Shown here: piece after piece, positions 29,994 to 38,408 of the stretch | Numbering within the stretch: the stretch's first letter is position 1 | Layout: every line of letters starts with the position of its first letter | From: Burkholderiales bacterium | GTDB taxonomy: Bacteria; Pseudomonadota; Gammaproteobacteria; Burkholderiales; Burkholderiaceae_C | NCBI GenBank assembly: GCA_031380885.1 | Contig: JANMXL010000064.1 | Coordinates: forward strand, 5,842 to 69,841 | DNA length: 64,000 bases | Reading direction: 5' to 3' | Position numbers and translations under genes: made by a program | Notes under the pieces: generated by a model | Databases searched by the model: none | Seen by the model: only the letters and a program-made list of their open reading frames with translations | What the model was told of the DNA's origin: nothing

Positions 29994-31457
29994 GTGGTGA
30001 CCCTGAATTTTCAAACCGATACCCGTCAAGTGCAAGCCCTGTCGCCGCGTTTCCAGCATGCGGTGCGGCTGCTGCAGCTGTCGTCGATGGACTTTGCTGC
30101 CACGGTGCGCGACGTGCTGGGCCAGAACCCGTTTCTGGAGATCGAGGACGGCGTGGCGGAGGGCGAGGGCGCCGACGTCGATGCGTTGGACGGTGACAGT
30201 GCTGAGGCCTTGGCTTCAGCTGCGATGCCGTTCGACGACCACGCGATGTCGTCGGACGCGGAGGGCCTTGCCGACGACCGCGGCGACGATCGCGACCTGT
30301 GGCTGGTCGAAGGCTCGTCGTCGCAGCGGCAGGCGGGCGATGGCGACGTGTCGGCGCTGGACCTGATGGCGGTTGATCTTCCGCTGAATGCGCACCTGAA
30401 TGCCCAGCTCGATCTGCAACCGTTGGCGACCCGCGAGCTGTGGATGGCGCGCGCCATCGTCGAATCGCTCGACGACGACGGCTACCTGCGCACCCCGCTG
30501 GCCGAGCTGTGCGAACTGGTACCGCTGAATCCACCGGTGGACGCCGCCGAGATGCAAACGGCCTTGCAGCGCGTGCAGGCGTTGGACCCGGCGGGCGTGG
30601 GCGCTCGCAGCGTGGCCGAATGCCTCACGCTGCAGCTGCCGGCGATCGAATGCCCGCTGCTGCGCGGGCTGGCTGAGCGCATCGTGACCGAGCACCTGAC
30701 GCTGCTGGCGGCGCGCGATGTGAACGCGCTGGCGCGTGCGCTCGGCGAACCGGCGTTGCGGGTGCAGCAGGCGTGCGATCGCATCCGCCGCTTCGATCCG
30801 CGGCCTGGCTGGCGTTTCAGCTCGATTCGCACCGCCTATGTGGTGCCCGATGTGGTGGTGAAAAAGGTGCGCGGCGAATGGCGGGTGCAGCTGAACCCGG
30901 CGGTGATCCCGCGGGTGCGCCTGAACCAGGTTTATGCCGCGCTGTTCAAGCGCCACCGCAGCACCGCCAACGCCGACATGGCCGGCCACCTGCAGGAAGC
31001 GCGCTGGACGGTGAAGAACGTCGAGCAACGCTTCTCGACCATCCTCGACGTGGCCGAAGCGATCGTCAAGCGGCAGCGTCACTTCCTGGAATTCGGGCCG
31101 ATGGCGATGAAGCCGCTGGGCCTGAAGGAGATCGCCGATGAACTCGGCATCCACGAGTCCACCGTTTCGCGGGTCACCAACAACAAATTTATCGCCACCC
31201 CCAGCGGTGTGTTCGAACTGAAGCATTTTTTCTCGCGGGTGATGGTCACGGCCAACGGCAGCGCCTGTTCGGGCACGGCCATCCGCGGGTTGCTGAAAGA
31301 CTTGATCGCCGCCGAGGCACCCGATGCGCCGCTGTCCGATGCCGAAATCACCCGGCAGCTGGCCCAGCAGGGGCTGGTGGTGGCGCGGCGCACCGTCACC
31401 AAATACCGTCAGCTGCTGCGCATCGACGCGGTGGGACGGCGCCGCCGCCAGGCCTGA
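29994..31457 (+). CDS. rpoN: RNA polymerase sigma-54 factor outside the canonical rpoN context (likely paralog)
   Basis: Region I 'RLLQLSSMDF', acidic region II, C-terminal RpoN box 'ARRTVTKYR'. No lptB/hpf/ptsN neighbours. Confidence 0.9.
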   Translation: MVTLNFQTDTRQVQALSPRFQHAVRLLQLSSMDFAATVRDVLGQNPFLEIEDGVAEGEGADVDALDGDSAEALASAAMPFDDHAMSSDAEGLADDRGDDRDLWLVEGSSSQRQAGDGDVSALDLMAVDLPLNAHLNAQLDLQPLATRELWMARAIVESLDDDGYLRTPLAELCELVPLNPPVDAAEMQTALQRVQALDPAGVGARSVAECLTLQLPAIECPLLRGLAERIVTEHLTLLAARDVNALARALGEPALRVQQACDRIRRFDPRPGWRFSSIRTAYVVPDVVVKKVRGEWRVQLNPAVIPRVRLNQVYAALFKRHRSTANADMAGHLQEARWTVKNVEQRFSTILDVAEAIVKRQRHFLEFGPMAMKPLGLKEIADELGIHESTVSRVTNNKFIATPSGVFELKHFFSRVMVTANGSACSGTAIRGLLKDLIAAEAPDAPLSDAEITRQLAQQGLVVARRTVTKYRQLLRIDAVGRRRRQA

Positions 31458-31479
31458 CCTTGTGGCAGAAACCGCTTGC

Positions 31480-31493
31480 GGCACGTCGCTTGC
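31480..31493 (+). promoter_or_regulatory. putative sigma-54 promoter core GGCACgtcgcTTGC, upstream of the 31576-35336 operon
   Basis: Canonical GGCAC-N5-TTGC, 83 nt upstream of ATG 31576. Confidence 0.55.
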
Positions 31494-31575
31494 CATTAGT
31501 TACATCACCGGCGGCACCGTTTCGCTGTTGCAGCGCCGGACGGCTGTGCGCCGTGTGAACCTTGGAGCCACGTTT

Positions 31576-32166
31576 ATGAATATCGACATGAATCTGATCA
31601 AGCGCTGGCCGCGGCCGGTCTCGCTCGACATCGCGATCCACTACGAACGCAGCGTGCCGGATCGGCGCGCCTATCGCCTGGCGCCATGTGACGGCACGTC
31701 GCAAGTTCGGGTGCAGCTCCCGCAGCACGGCGCCATGCCGCTCGAAGTGCAGAGCATGGATTGGTCTCAGCTGCCGGGCAATACGCTGTATCTGCGCAGC
31801 CTCAGTGTGCTCGCCGTGCACCTGTTCGGCGCGGTGGCGATGCCGCCGCGTGTGTGCGGCGCACCGCTGTGGCAGCACATCAATGTTGGCATCTCGACCG
31901 ATGACCACAGCGCACACCCGCTGTATTTCGAGCTGGACGCCATCGACGACAGGCGCGCGGTGCTGCGTTACCGCTTTCAGCATCATCAGCCGCTGGTTCG
32001 CCGCGCGCTGGCTCTCGACCGGCTCGACGCCGACCCGTTACGTGCGCTGTTGCGTGTGGGAGCGACGCGCGTGCGCCCTGGTCTGACGCGAAACGCGGAG
32101 CCGATGCGCTCCGCGCCGCCGCCACGACACGTTCACGCGGCGGCCGACATGGCGCTGCGCGCGTGA
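31576..32166 (+). CDS. hypothetical protein
   Basis: ATG preceded by GGAG at 31564-31567. 196 aa. No family recognised. Confidence 0.55.
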   Translation: MNIDMNLIKRWPRPVSLDIAIHYERSVPDRRAYRLAPCDGTSQVRVQLPQHGAMPLEVQSMDWSQLPGNTLYLRSLSVLAVHLFGAVAMPPRVCGAPLWQHINVGISTDDHSAHPLYFELDAIDDRRAVLRYRFQHHQPLVRRALALDRLDADPLRALLRVGATRVRPGLTRNAEPMRSAPPPRHVHAAADMALRA

Positions 32167-32191
32167 GTGCAGCCACTGTGATCACGCGGCC

Positions 32192-32893
32192 ATGATTGCG
32201 GTCATCGTTCCGGTGCATAACGAGGAGGCGTACCTCGCCGCCTGCCTGCGTTCGGTACGCGAGGCCTCGCGGCGCCGGCGCCTGGACGGCGAGCCCGTGC
32301 TGCGGGTGGTGGTGCTCGACAACTGCAACGACGGCAGTGCGGACATCGCCCGCGTCTGCGGCGCCCACACGCTGCGCTTGCAGGCCTGCAACGTGGGCGC
32401 GGCACGGGCACTTGGTGCACAGTGGGCCATCGATCGAGGCGCACGCTGGTTGGCCTTCACCGATGCCGATTCAGTGGTTGCGCCCGAATGGTTGTCGTCA
32501 CAATTGGCGCTGCGCAGCGATGCGGTGTGTGGCACGGTCGCGGTCAGCAACTGGGGCGATTACGGTGAGCGCATGCGCCGCCATTACGACGCCACCTACA
32601 CCGATGCCGACGGCCACCATCACATCCACGGCGCGAATCTGGGCGTTAGCACGGCGGCGTACTGCCGCGCCGGGGGCTTTCAGCCGTTGACCAGCAGCGA
32701 AGACGTGGCGCTGGTGCGTGCGCTGCAAGCCAGCGGCGCTGCGATCGCCTGGTCAGCCGCGCCCCGCGTGACGACGAGTGCGCGGCAGCTCTACAAAGCG
32801 CCACTGGGCTTCGGAGCCACCCTGCAGCGCATCGATGCCGAGAGCCGGTACCGTGCCGAGGGCCGTGAAATAGGCGCTGCCACTGCGTCATGA
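32192..32893 (+). CDS. family 2 glycosyltransferase (short, soluble type)
   Basis: 'VIVPVHNEE', 'VLDNCNDGS' and 'FTDADS' (DxD). Confidence 0.85.
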   Translation: MIAVIVPVHNEEAYLAACLRSVREASRRRRLDGEPVLRVVVLDNCNDGSADIARVCGAHTLRLQACNVGAARALGAQWAIDRGARWLAFTDADSVVAPEWLSSQLALRSDAVCGTVAVSNWGDYGERMRRHYDATYTDADGHHHIHGANLGVSTAAYCRAGGFQPLTSSEDVALVRALQASGAAIAWSAAPRVTTSARQLYKAPLGFGATLQRIDAESRYRAEGREIGAATAS

Positions 32894-33972
32894 GCACCGC
32901 CAGTGCTGCCGTCAGGATGGTGTCGCCAACGCTGCTGATCCGCCTGCGCCGCGCGCTGGCCGATCAGGACCCGCAGGCTGAAGCTTGCGATCGGCTGAAC
33001 GCACTGGTGGCTGCTGGCTTCGGCGATTTGCCACAGCCTGGTGGCGGCCAGACGCTGCTGCGCTGGCAGGCGCTGGCGGCGGTCTCCGAACACGATCTGT
33101 CGCTGGGCAAACTGTATGAAGGCCACACCGATGCGCTTGCGGTGATGCGCGAGTTGGCGCTGGACCGCGACATCGCTGCCGACAGCACCTGGGGGATGTG
33201 GGCGGCCGAGGGATCTGGCGCGCGCGCCACGGTGAAGTCCCGGCCCGACGGCCGAGTGTCGCTGCACGGCGCCAAGACGTGGTGCTCGGGGGCGGCGCGC
33301 TTGAGCCATGGGCTGCTGACCGCCTGGCCCACGAATGATGTCGGGCCACAGCTGGTGCGCGTGGTCATGAATCAAGACGGGGTGACGGTTGATGGCAGCA
33401 CTTGGCGTGCTGTTGGCATGGCAGGCAGCGCCAGCGTGGATGTGTCGTTTTCAGGCGCGGTGGGTGATGCGGTCGGCGCACCCGGCGACTATCTGTCCCG
33501 GCCCGGCTTCTGGCAGGGCGGCGCGGGCATCGCGGCGTGCTGGTACGGCGGGGCGCGCGCGCTCGGCGTGGCGCTGCGCCACTCGGTCGCGCGCACGACC
33601 GACGCCACCCGCAGCCTGTTCGGCCCCTTGGCGGTCGGCCGTGTCGATGTGGCGCTGCACAGCACCGCGGCGCTGCTGCGCGATGCGGCGCAATGGATAG
33701 ACGCCCATCCGCTGGCCGATGCCAGTGAGGTGGCGCTGCGCACCCGGCTCGCGGCCGAGTTGTGCGCCAAGGTGTTGCTGGACGAGGCAGGTCGTGCCCT
33801 GGGCGCCGCGGCCTACTGTCGCGACCGGCACTTTGCACGCATGGCCGCTGATTTGCCGGTGTTCGTGCGGCAAAGCCATGCCGAGCGGGACTTCGCCGCA
33901 CTGGGCGAGCGGGTGGCGGCACCGCTGCCAGCCTCCCGCCATGGCACCGACGACAGCCCATGGGCGCTCTGA
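32890..33972 (+). CDS. acyl-CoA dehydrogenase-like protein
   Basis: ACAD-like middle and C-terminal pattern ('GAKTWCSGA', 'GGAGIAACWYGGA'). 4-nt overlap with the GT2 gene. Confidence 0.7.
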   Translation: MSTASAAVRMVSPTLLIRLRRALADQDPQAEACDRLNALVAAGFGDLPQPGGGQTLLRWQALAAVSEHDLSLGKLYEGHTDALAVMRELALDRDIAADSTWGMWAAEGSGARATVKSRPDGRVSLHGAKTWCSGAARLSHGLLTAWPTNDVGPQLVRVVMNQDGVTVDGSTWRAVGMAGSASVDVSFSGAVGDAVGAPGDYLSRPGFWQGGAGIAACWYGGARALGVALRHSVARTTDATRSLFGPLAVGRVDVALHSTAALLRDAAQWIDAHPLADASEVALRTRLAAELCAKVLLDEAGRALGAAAYCRDRHFARMAADLPVFVRQSHAERDFAALGERVAAPLPASRHGTDDSPWAL

Positions 33973-34721
33973 CCGCTCGACGTGCCATCGAAGGCGTCGG
34001 CTGCACCGAATCGGTGTGGCGCGAGTGGCTGGATGCCCTGGACGTGCCGACGCTGGCGTGGAACGACTGGCTGCCCGCAACGGCACGGCTGGTGGTGGTT
34101 GCGCCGCACCCCGACGACGAGGTGCTGGCCTGCGGCGCGCTGCTGGCGATGCATGCGGCGCGCGGTGGTGAGTGCTGCGTCGTGGCGGTCACTGACGGCG
34201 AAGGCAGCCACCCCGGATCGAAGCGGTGGACCCCCCAGCAGCTGACAGCTGTTCGCCGCGCCGAAAGAGCCGAAGGCCTGCTGCGGCTCGGCCTGGGTGG
34301 CGCGTCGCTGCATGGCCTGGGGCTGCCTGACGGTGCGGTGCAGACACAGGCCGACGTGCTCCGATTGCGCCTGACCGACTTGTTGCGGCCTGCCGATGTG
34401 GTGGTCACCACCTGGCCGCTCGACGGCCACCCCGACCACGATGCCTGCGGTGCCGCCGCCGTGCAGACCTGCGCTGCCGTGGGGTGCCGCTTGCTCACTG
34501 CGCCGGTGTGGATGTGGCATTGGGCCGCGCCCGGGGATGCGCGTGTGCCCTGGCATCGGCTGCGCGCGCTGCAAGTCGATTCGGCAGCGCTGCAGCGCAA
34601 GCAGGCGGCACTGGAGGCGCATGTGTCGCAGCGCACCGCGCGGGAAGGCGGGCAGGGCCCGGTGCTCGGCGCTGAAATCCTGGCCCGGGCGGCACGCGAG
34701 CGCGAATACTTTTTCGTTTGA
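33960..34721 (+). CDS. PIG-L/LmbE-family deacetylase
   Basis: 'VVAPHPDDEVLACG' Zn motif and 'HPDHDA'. Confidence 0.85.
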   Translation: MGALTARRAIEGVGCTESVWREWLDALDVPTLAWNDWLPATARLVVVAPHPDDEVLACGALLAMHAARGGECCVVAVTDGEGSHPGSKRWTPQQLTAVRRAERAEGLLRLGLGGASLHGLGLPDGAVQTQADVLRLRLTDLLRPADVVVTTWPLDGHPDHDACGAAAVQTCAAVGCRLLTAPVWMWHWAAPGDARVPWHRLRALQVDSAALQRKQAALEAHVSQRTAREGGQGPVLGAEILARAAREREYFFV

Positions 34722-34736
34722 ACCGAGGCCGCCACG

Positions 34737-35336
34737 ATGTCGCACACACCTGCCTATTTCGACTCGATGTTCCATGCCGACAGCGATCCGTGGAAGTTCC
34801 GCACGCGCTGGTACGAGGTGCGCAAACGCGCACTCACCCTGGCGTGCTTGCCGAAGTCTCACTACGACGCGGCCTACGAGCCGGGTTGCGCCAACGGCGA
34901 GCTGTCGGCCGCGTTGTCCGAGCGTTGCTCGCGCCTGCTCGTTTCCGATGGGTCGGCCCCGGCGGTGCAGTTGGCCCGACAACGCCTGGCGGGGCTTGCG
35001 CATGTTGAAGTGCGGCAGGCCTGGGTGCCGACGCAATGGCCAGACGAGCAGTTCGACCTGATCGTCATCAGCGAGCTGGCCTACTTTCTGACCGCCGGCG
35101 CACTGGACGCCATGATCGGAAAAATCAAGGCGTCCCTGAGTTCGGGCGGCACCGTGTTGGCGTGCCATTGGCGACGGCGCAGCGACGACTGCGAATTCAG
35201 CGGTGACCGGCTGCACCGCCAGCTGGGCAGCGGGCTCGGTTTGCCGCACCTGAGCCGCTTGATCGAGCCCGATGTGCGCGTCGATGTGTGGAGCGCCGAC
35301 CCGCGCTCGGTGGCGCAGCAGGAGGGTTTCGCGTGA
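34737..35336 (+). CDS. class I SAM-dependent methyltransferase (NodS-like)
   Basis: 'YFDSMFHADSDPWKFRTRWYEVRKR' N-terminus and 'EPGCANGELS' motif I. Confidence 0.85.
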   Translation: MSHTPAYFDSMFHADSDPWKFRTRWYEVRKRALTLACLPKSHYDAAYEPGCANGELSAALSERCSRLLVSDGSAPAVQLARQRLAGLAHVEVRQAWVPTQWPDEQFDLIVISELAYFLTAGALDAMIGKIKASLSSGGTVLACHWRRRSDDCEFSGDRLHRQLGSGLGLPHLSRLIEPDVRVDVWSADPRSVAQQEGFA

Positions 35337-35345
35337 TGCGCCCGG

Positions 35346-36095
35346 CTACAGGCTCAGCAGCTGTGACAGCAACGCGTTGACCTGAGATTGCGCGCCGAGC
35401 CGAAAGCGCGCGCAGCTGCTTGTGCCCACCGGCGCGATGCGCACGCTGACGCAGCCCGCACCGGCGCGGGCGAACGCCGGCTCGTCGTTCACGTCATCGC
35501 CAACGATCAAGGCGTTCGGTGCGCCGCATTCGTGCATCAGCTGCACCAGCGCGTCACCCTTGTTCGGCGCATTTGACGGGGTGATGTTCAGCACACTGTG
35601 GCCGTGTGCCGCGGCGATGCCGGGCCCGTGCGCTGCGGTCAGGCTGTCGAGCCAGCGGCGCACCGAGGCGACGTCTGCCGATCGCCGGTAGTGCCATGCC
35701 AGTGATGCGCCCTTGTCTTCGACATCGACGCCGCGCTCATCGAACACCCGGGCCCACTGCCGCGCCTGCTCGCGACAGCCGGCGAGCGCGTGGTGCGGTG
35801 CCGGGAATGAGGTGCTGCCGGCCCGCTCGGCACCGTGATTGCCCACCAGGAAGCGCGGCTCGAAGCCGAGGCGAAGCCGGGCGTCGGCCACCGCCCGACC
35901 GGTGATCACTGCCACCGGCCAGCGCCGCGCCAGCGCTTGCAGCCGTGCGGCGGTGATGCGCGAGACCGCCGCATCGCTCGGCCGCATGACGAGCGGTGCC
36001 AGTGTGCCGTCGAGGTCGAAGGCAAGCAACGCATGCCTGTGGCTGAGTCGCCGCAAGGCCCGCAGCCCTTGCGGTGAGAAGAGCGATGCGGTCAT
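35346..36095 (-). CDS. otsB: trehalose-phosphatase
   Basis: 'LAFDLDGTLAP' HAD motif and 'VGDDVNDEPAF'. ATGA overlap with otsA. Confidence 0.85.
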   Translation of the reverse strand: MTASLFSPQGLRALRRLSHRHALLAFDLDGTLAPLVMRPSDAAVSRITAARLQALARRWPVAVITGRAVADARLRLGFEPRFLVGNHGAERAGSTSFPAPHHALAGCREQARQWARVFDERGVDVEDKGASLAWHYRRSADVASVRRWLDSLTAAHGPGIAAAHGHSVLNITPSNAPNKGDALVQLMHECGAPNALIVGDDVNDEPAFARAGAGCVSVRIAPVGTSSCARFRLGAQSQVNALLSQLLSL

Positions 36096-37681
36096 GTCCC
36101 CGTCATGGTCTGCGCATGGCGGTGGTGCGGCGCGTGGTGAGCCAAGCTGGTCGGGTGGTGCGATGCATCGAGCGGATGCTGCGCCGTGGCCTCCTGCAGC
36201 AGGCTTGCCGCCCAGTGCTCTGCACTGTGCCGCTGCACCGTGGCGCGCAGGGCGAGCATCCGCGCGTGCTGCTCCGCGGGCAGCATGGTCAGCCCCTGGT
36301 GCAGGGCCTCGGCCACCTGCGCCAAGTGGTAAGGATTCACACACAGCGCGTCGATCAACTCGGCCGCCGCACCGGCGTGTTCACTGAGCACCAGCACCCC
36401 TTGTTTGTCGTCACGTGCGGCGATGAATTCCTTGCAGACCAGGTTCATGCCGTCGTGCAGCGGGGTGACCAGGCAGACGTCAGCGGCACGGTAGGCGGCT
36501 GTCACGGCGACGCGGTCATGGCAGGTGTCCAGCAGCAACACCGGTGTCCACCCCGGCCGCACATAGCGCGCGTTGATGCGTGCGACTTCGTCGTGCACCT
36601 CCGCCTGGAACGCGGAATACGCGGGCAGTGTCGACCGGGTGGGTGCGGCGATCTGCACGAAGCGCAGTCGGCCTACCCATTCGGGATGCCTGACCAGCAG
36701 CTGCTCGACCGCACGCAGCCGCTCGATCAGGCCTTTGGTGTAGTCGAAACGGTCGATGCCGACGATCAGCTTGCCGCCCACCGGCACCGACCAGCGCTGC
36801 GCAGCTTCGCGCCGGCTGTGCGCAACGGTCGGCATCGCCCCCACCTGTGCTGCAGTCGGCCAGGCGACCGACACCGCACAGTCGCGCACCTCGGTGAGCG
36901 AGCCCGCACGTTCCACTGGCCCGCTGACATCGGCGTCTAGCTGCAAACCGGCGCGCTGCACGCTGGCGTTGAAGTGATGCCTGTGAGTGGCCGTCTGGAA
37001 AGCCAGCGTGTCGCAGCCCAGCAATCCGGCAATCAGCTCACTCAGCCACGGGCAGATTTCCATTTGTTCCGGGTGTCCCCACGGGATGTGCCAGAAGCCC
37101 AGAATCCGCGCCTGCGGCAGGCGCTGCCGCACCAGCGCAGGGACCAGCGCGAGCTGGTAGTCGTGGACCCAGACGATCGGGTTGGCTCGCTGCGCTTCGT
37201 GCACCACCGCATCGGCGAAGCGCTGGTTCACGCGGCGATAGACAGCCCAGTCACTGTCGGTGAACGTCGGGCGCACATGAACCATGTGACACAAGGGCCA
37301 CAACCCGCTGTTGGCGGCGCCGTCGCGGTAGCCGCGCTGCTCGTCGGCGCTGAGCCACAGATAACGCAACCGATAGCCGCCGAATAGATGCCCCGCGGTG
37401 GTGACTTGCCAGGTGTCGTCGGCGTCGGTGAATTGGCGGTCGGCATTGCCGCTGCCGTGGGCAATCCAGGTCCGGCTGCCGGCACCTCTTTGCATCACCG
37501 GCTCGATGGCGCTGACCAGACCGCTGGCCGGCTGCACCGCCTGAACGCCGTCACCTGCACGTTGAAGCGACCACGGTGCGCGGTCGGAGACGACGATCAG
37601 TTGCCGGTCGGGCAGCGTCGTGCCGGGCAAATGTCGCCATGGCGAACTGGCGGCTCGGGTCGTCTCGGCAAAGCGCGTCAT
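36092..37681 (-). CDS. otsA: alpha,alpha-trehalose-phosphate synthase (GT20)
   Basis: '[12 protein letters not shown]' and 'GMNLVCKEF' motifs. Start moved to 'MTRFAETT'. Confidence 0.9.
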   Translation of the reverse strand: MTRFAETTRAASSPWRHLPGTTLPDRQLIVVSDRAPWSLQRAGDGVQAVQPASGLVSAIEPVMQRGAGSRTWIAHGSGNADRQFTDADDTWQVTTAGHLFGGYRLRYLWLSADEQRGYRDGAANSGLWPLCHMVHVRPTFTDSDWAVYRRVNQRFADAVVHEAQRANPIVWVHDYQLALVPALVRQRLPQARILGFWHIPWGHPEQMEICPWLSELIAGLLGCDTLAFQTATHRHHFNASVQRAGLQLDADVSGPVERAGSLTEVRDCAVSVAWPTAAQVGAMPTVAHSRREAAQRWSVPVGGKLIVGIDRFDYTKGLIERLRAVEQLLVRHPEWVGRLRFVQIAAPTRSTLPAYSAFQAEVHDEVARINARYVRPGWTPVLLLDTCHDRVAVTAAYRAADVCLVTPLHDGMNLVCKEFIAARDDKQGVLVLSEHAGAAAELIDALCVNPYHLAQVAEALHQGLTMLPAEQHARMLALRATVQRHSAEHWAASLLQEATAQHPLDASHHPTSLAHHAPHHRHAQTMTGT

Positions 37682-38012
37682 GGGTAGTGCATGCGGTGGT
37701 GGAGGGCGGCCAATTCGGGCAATCGAGATACCCGCGCCCATCACCCAGCGGGCTGGCATCGGAATTGCCGCCTTTTCTGATTGAGCACCCGACGTTGGCG
37801 CGATTGCGCGACAGCCTTTGCGCAGATCTGCCCCAGAGGAATGTGGTGCACGCTGCCTCTGCGGGTTTGCTCACGGCGTTCGGCCGTGAACCCGTGGTGA
37901 CGGACATGGGCGCTCTGCAAGAGCCTGCAGCGTCGGCAGCGCCGTTCGCCATGCCCGCACAGGCGCCACACGCCATGGGGTGCGCCGAGAACGTTGGTGC
38001 GTTGGTAGCCCG

Positions 38013-38339
38013 TCAGCGGGCGCGGCGCAATAGGTCGCGTCGGCGAGTGTCGTCCAGTCCGGCGGTCGCGCGCAGATCGGTGTCGACCAGGCCCGCGTCC
38101 AGGTCCTTCTTCGCCTGCACCATCACATCCTGCGGGTGTGGGTTGACTTCGCCGGGCCTCTCATCGCGTTCGCTGGGCATCGGCAACCGTTGACCGTCCT
38201 GGGCCGGACGGGATCCTGGTGCGGTGGGCGACCGGGCCACGCCGACATGGGCGTTGGGCTTTTGGGTCCGCGCCGATCGTTTGGCTGGCGGGGCCGAGTT
38301 GACGGTGGTGGGAGGCTGCGGTGCGGTCTGGCGTTTCAT
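38013..38339 (-). CDS. hypothetical small basic/Pro-rich protein
   Basis: The C-terminal 'DVMVQAKKDLDAGLVDTDLR' looks like a conserved small-protein tail. No family name known to me. Confidence 0.5.
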   Translation of the reverse strand: MKRQTAPQPPTTVNSAPPAKRSARTQKPNAHVGVARSPTAPGSRPAQDGQRLPMPSERDERPGEVNPHPQDVMVQAKKDLDAGLVDTDLRATAGLDDTRRRDLLRRAR

Positions 38340-38408
38340 CGGAAATCCTGTCGGTAAGTCTTGCCAGGGAGCGTGGCAAATCGTGCGCCCGCAGGGCGAA
38401 TCGCTGTC

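Noticed and set aside
37719-37732. GGTATctcgaTTGC (minus strand) upstream of otsA
   Set aside because: The -24 element deviates from GGCAC (GGTAT), and there is no clear RBS context. It is recorded as a possibility only.
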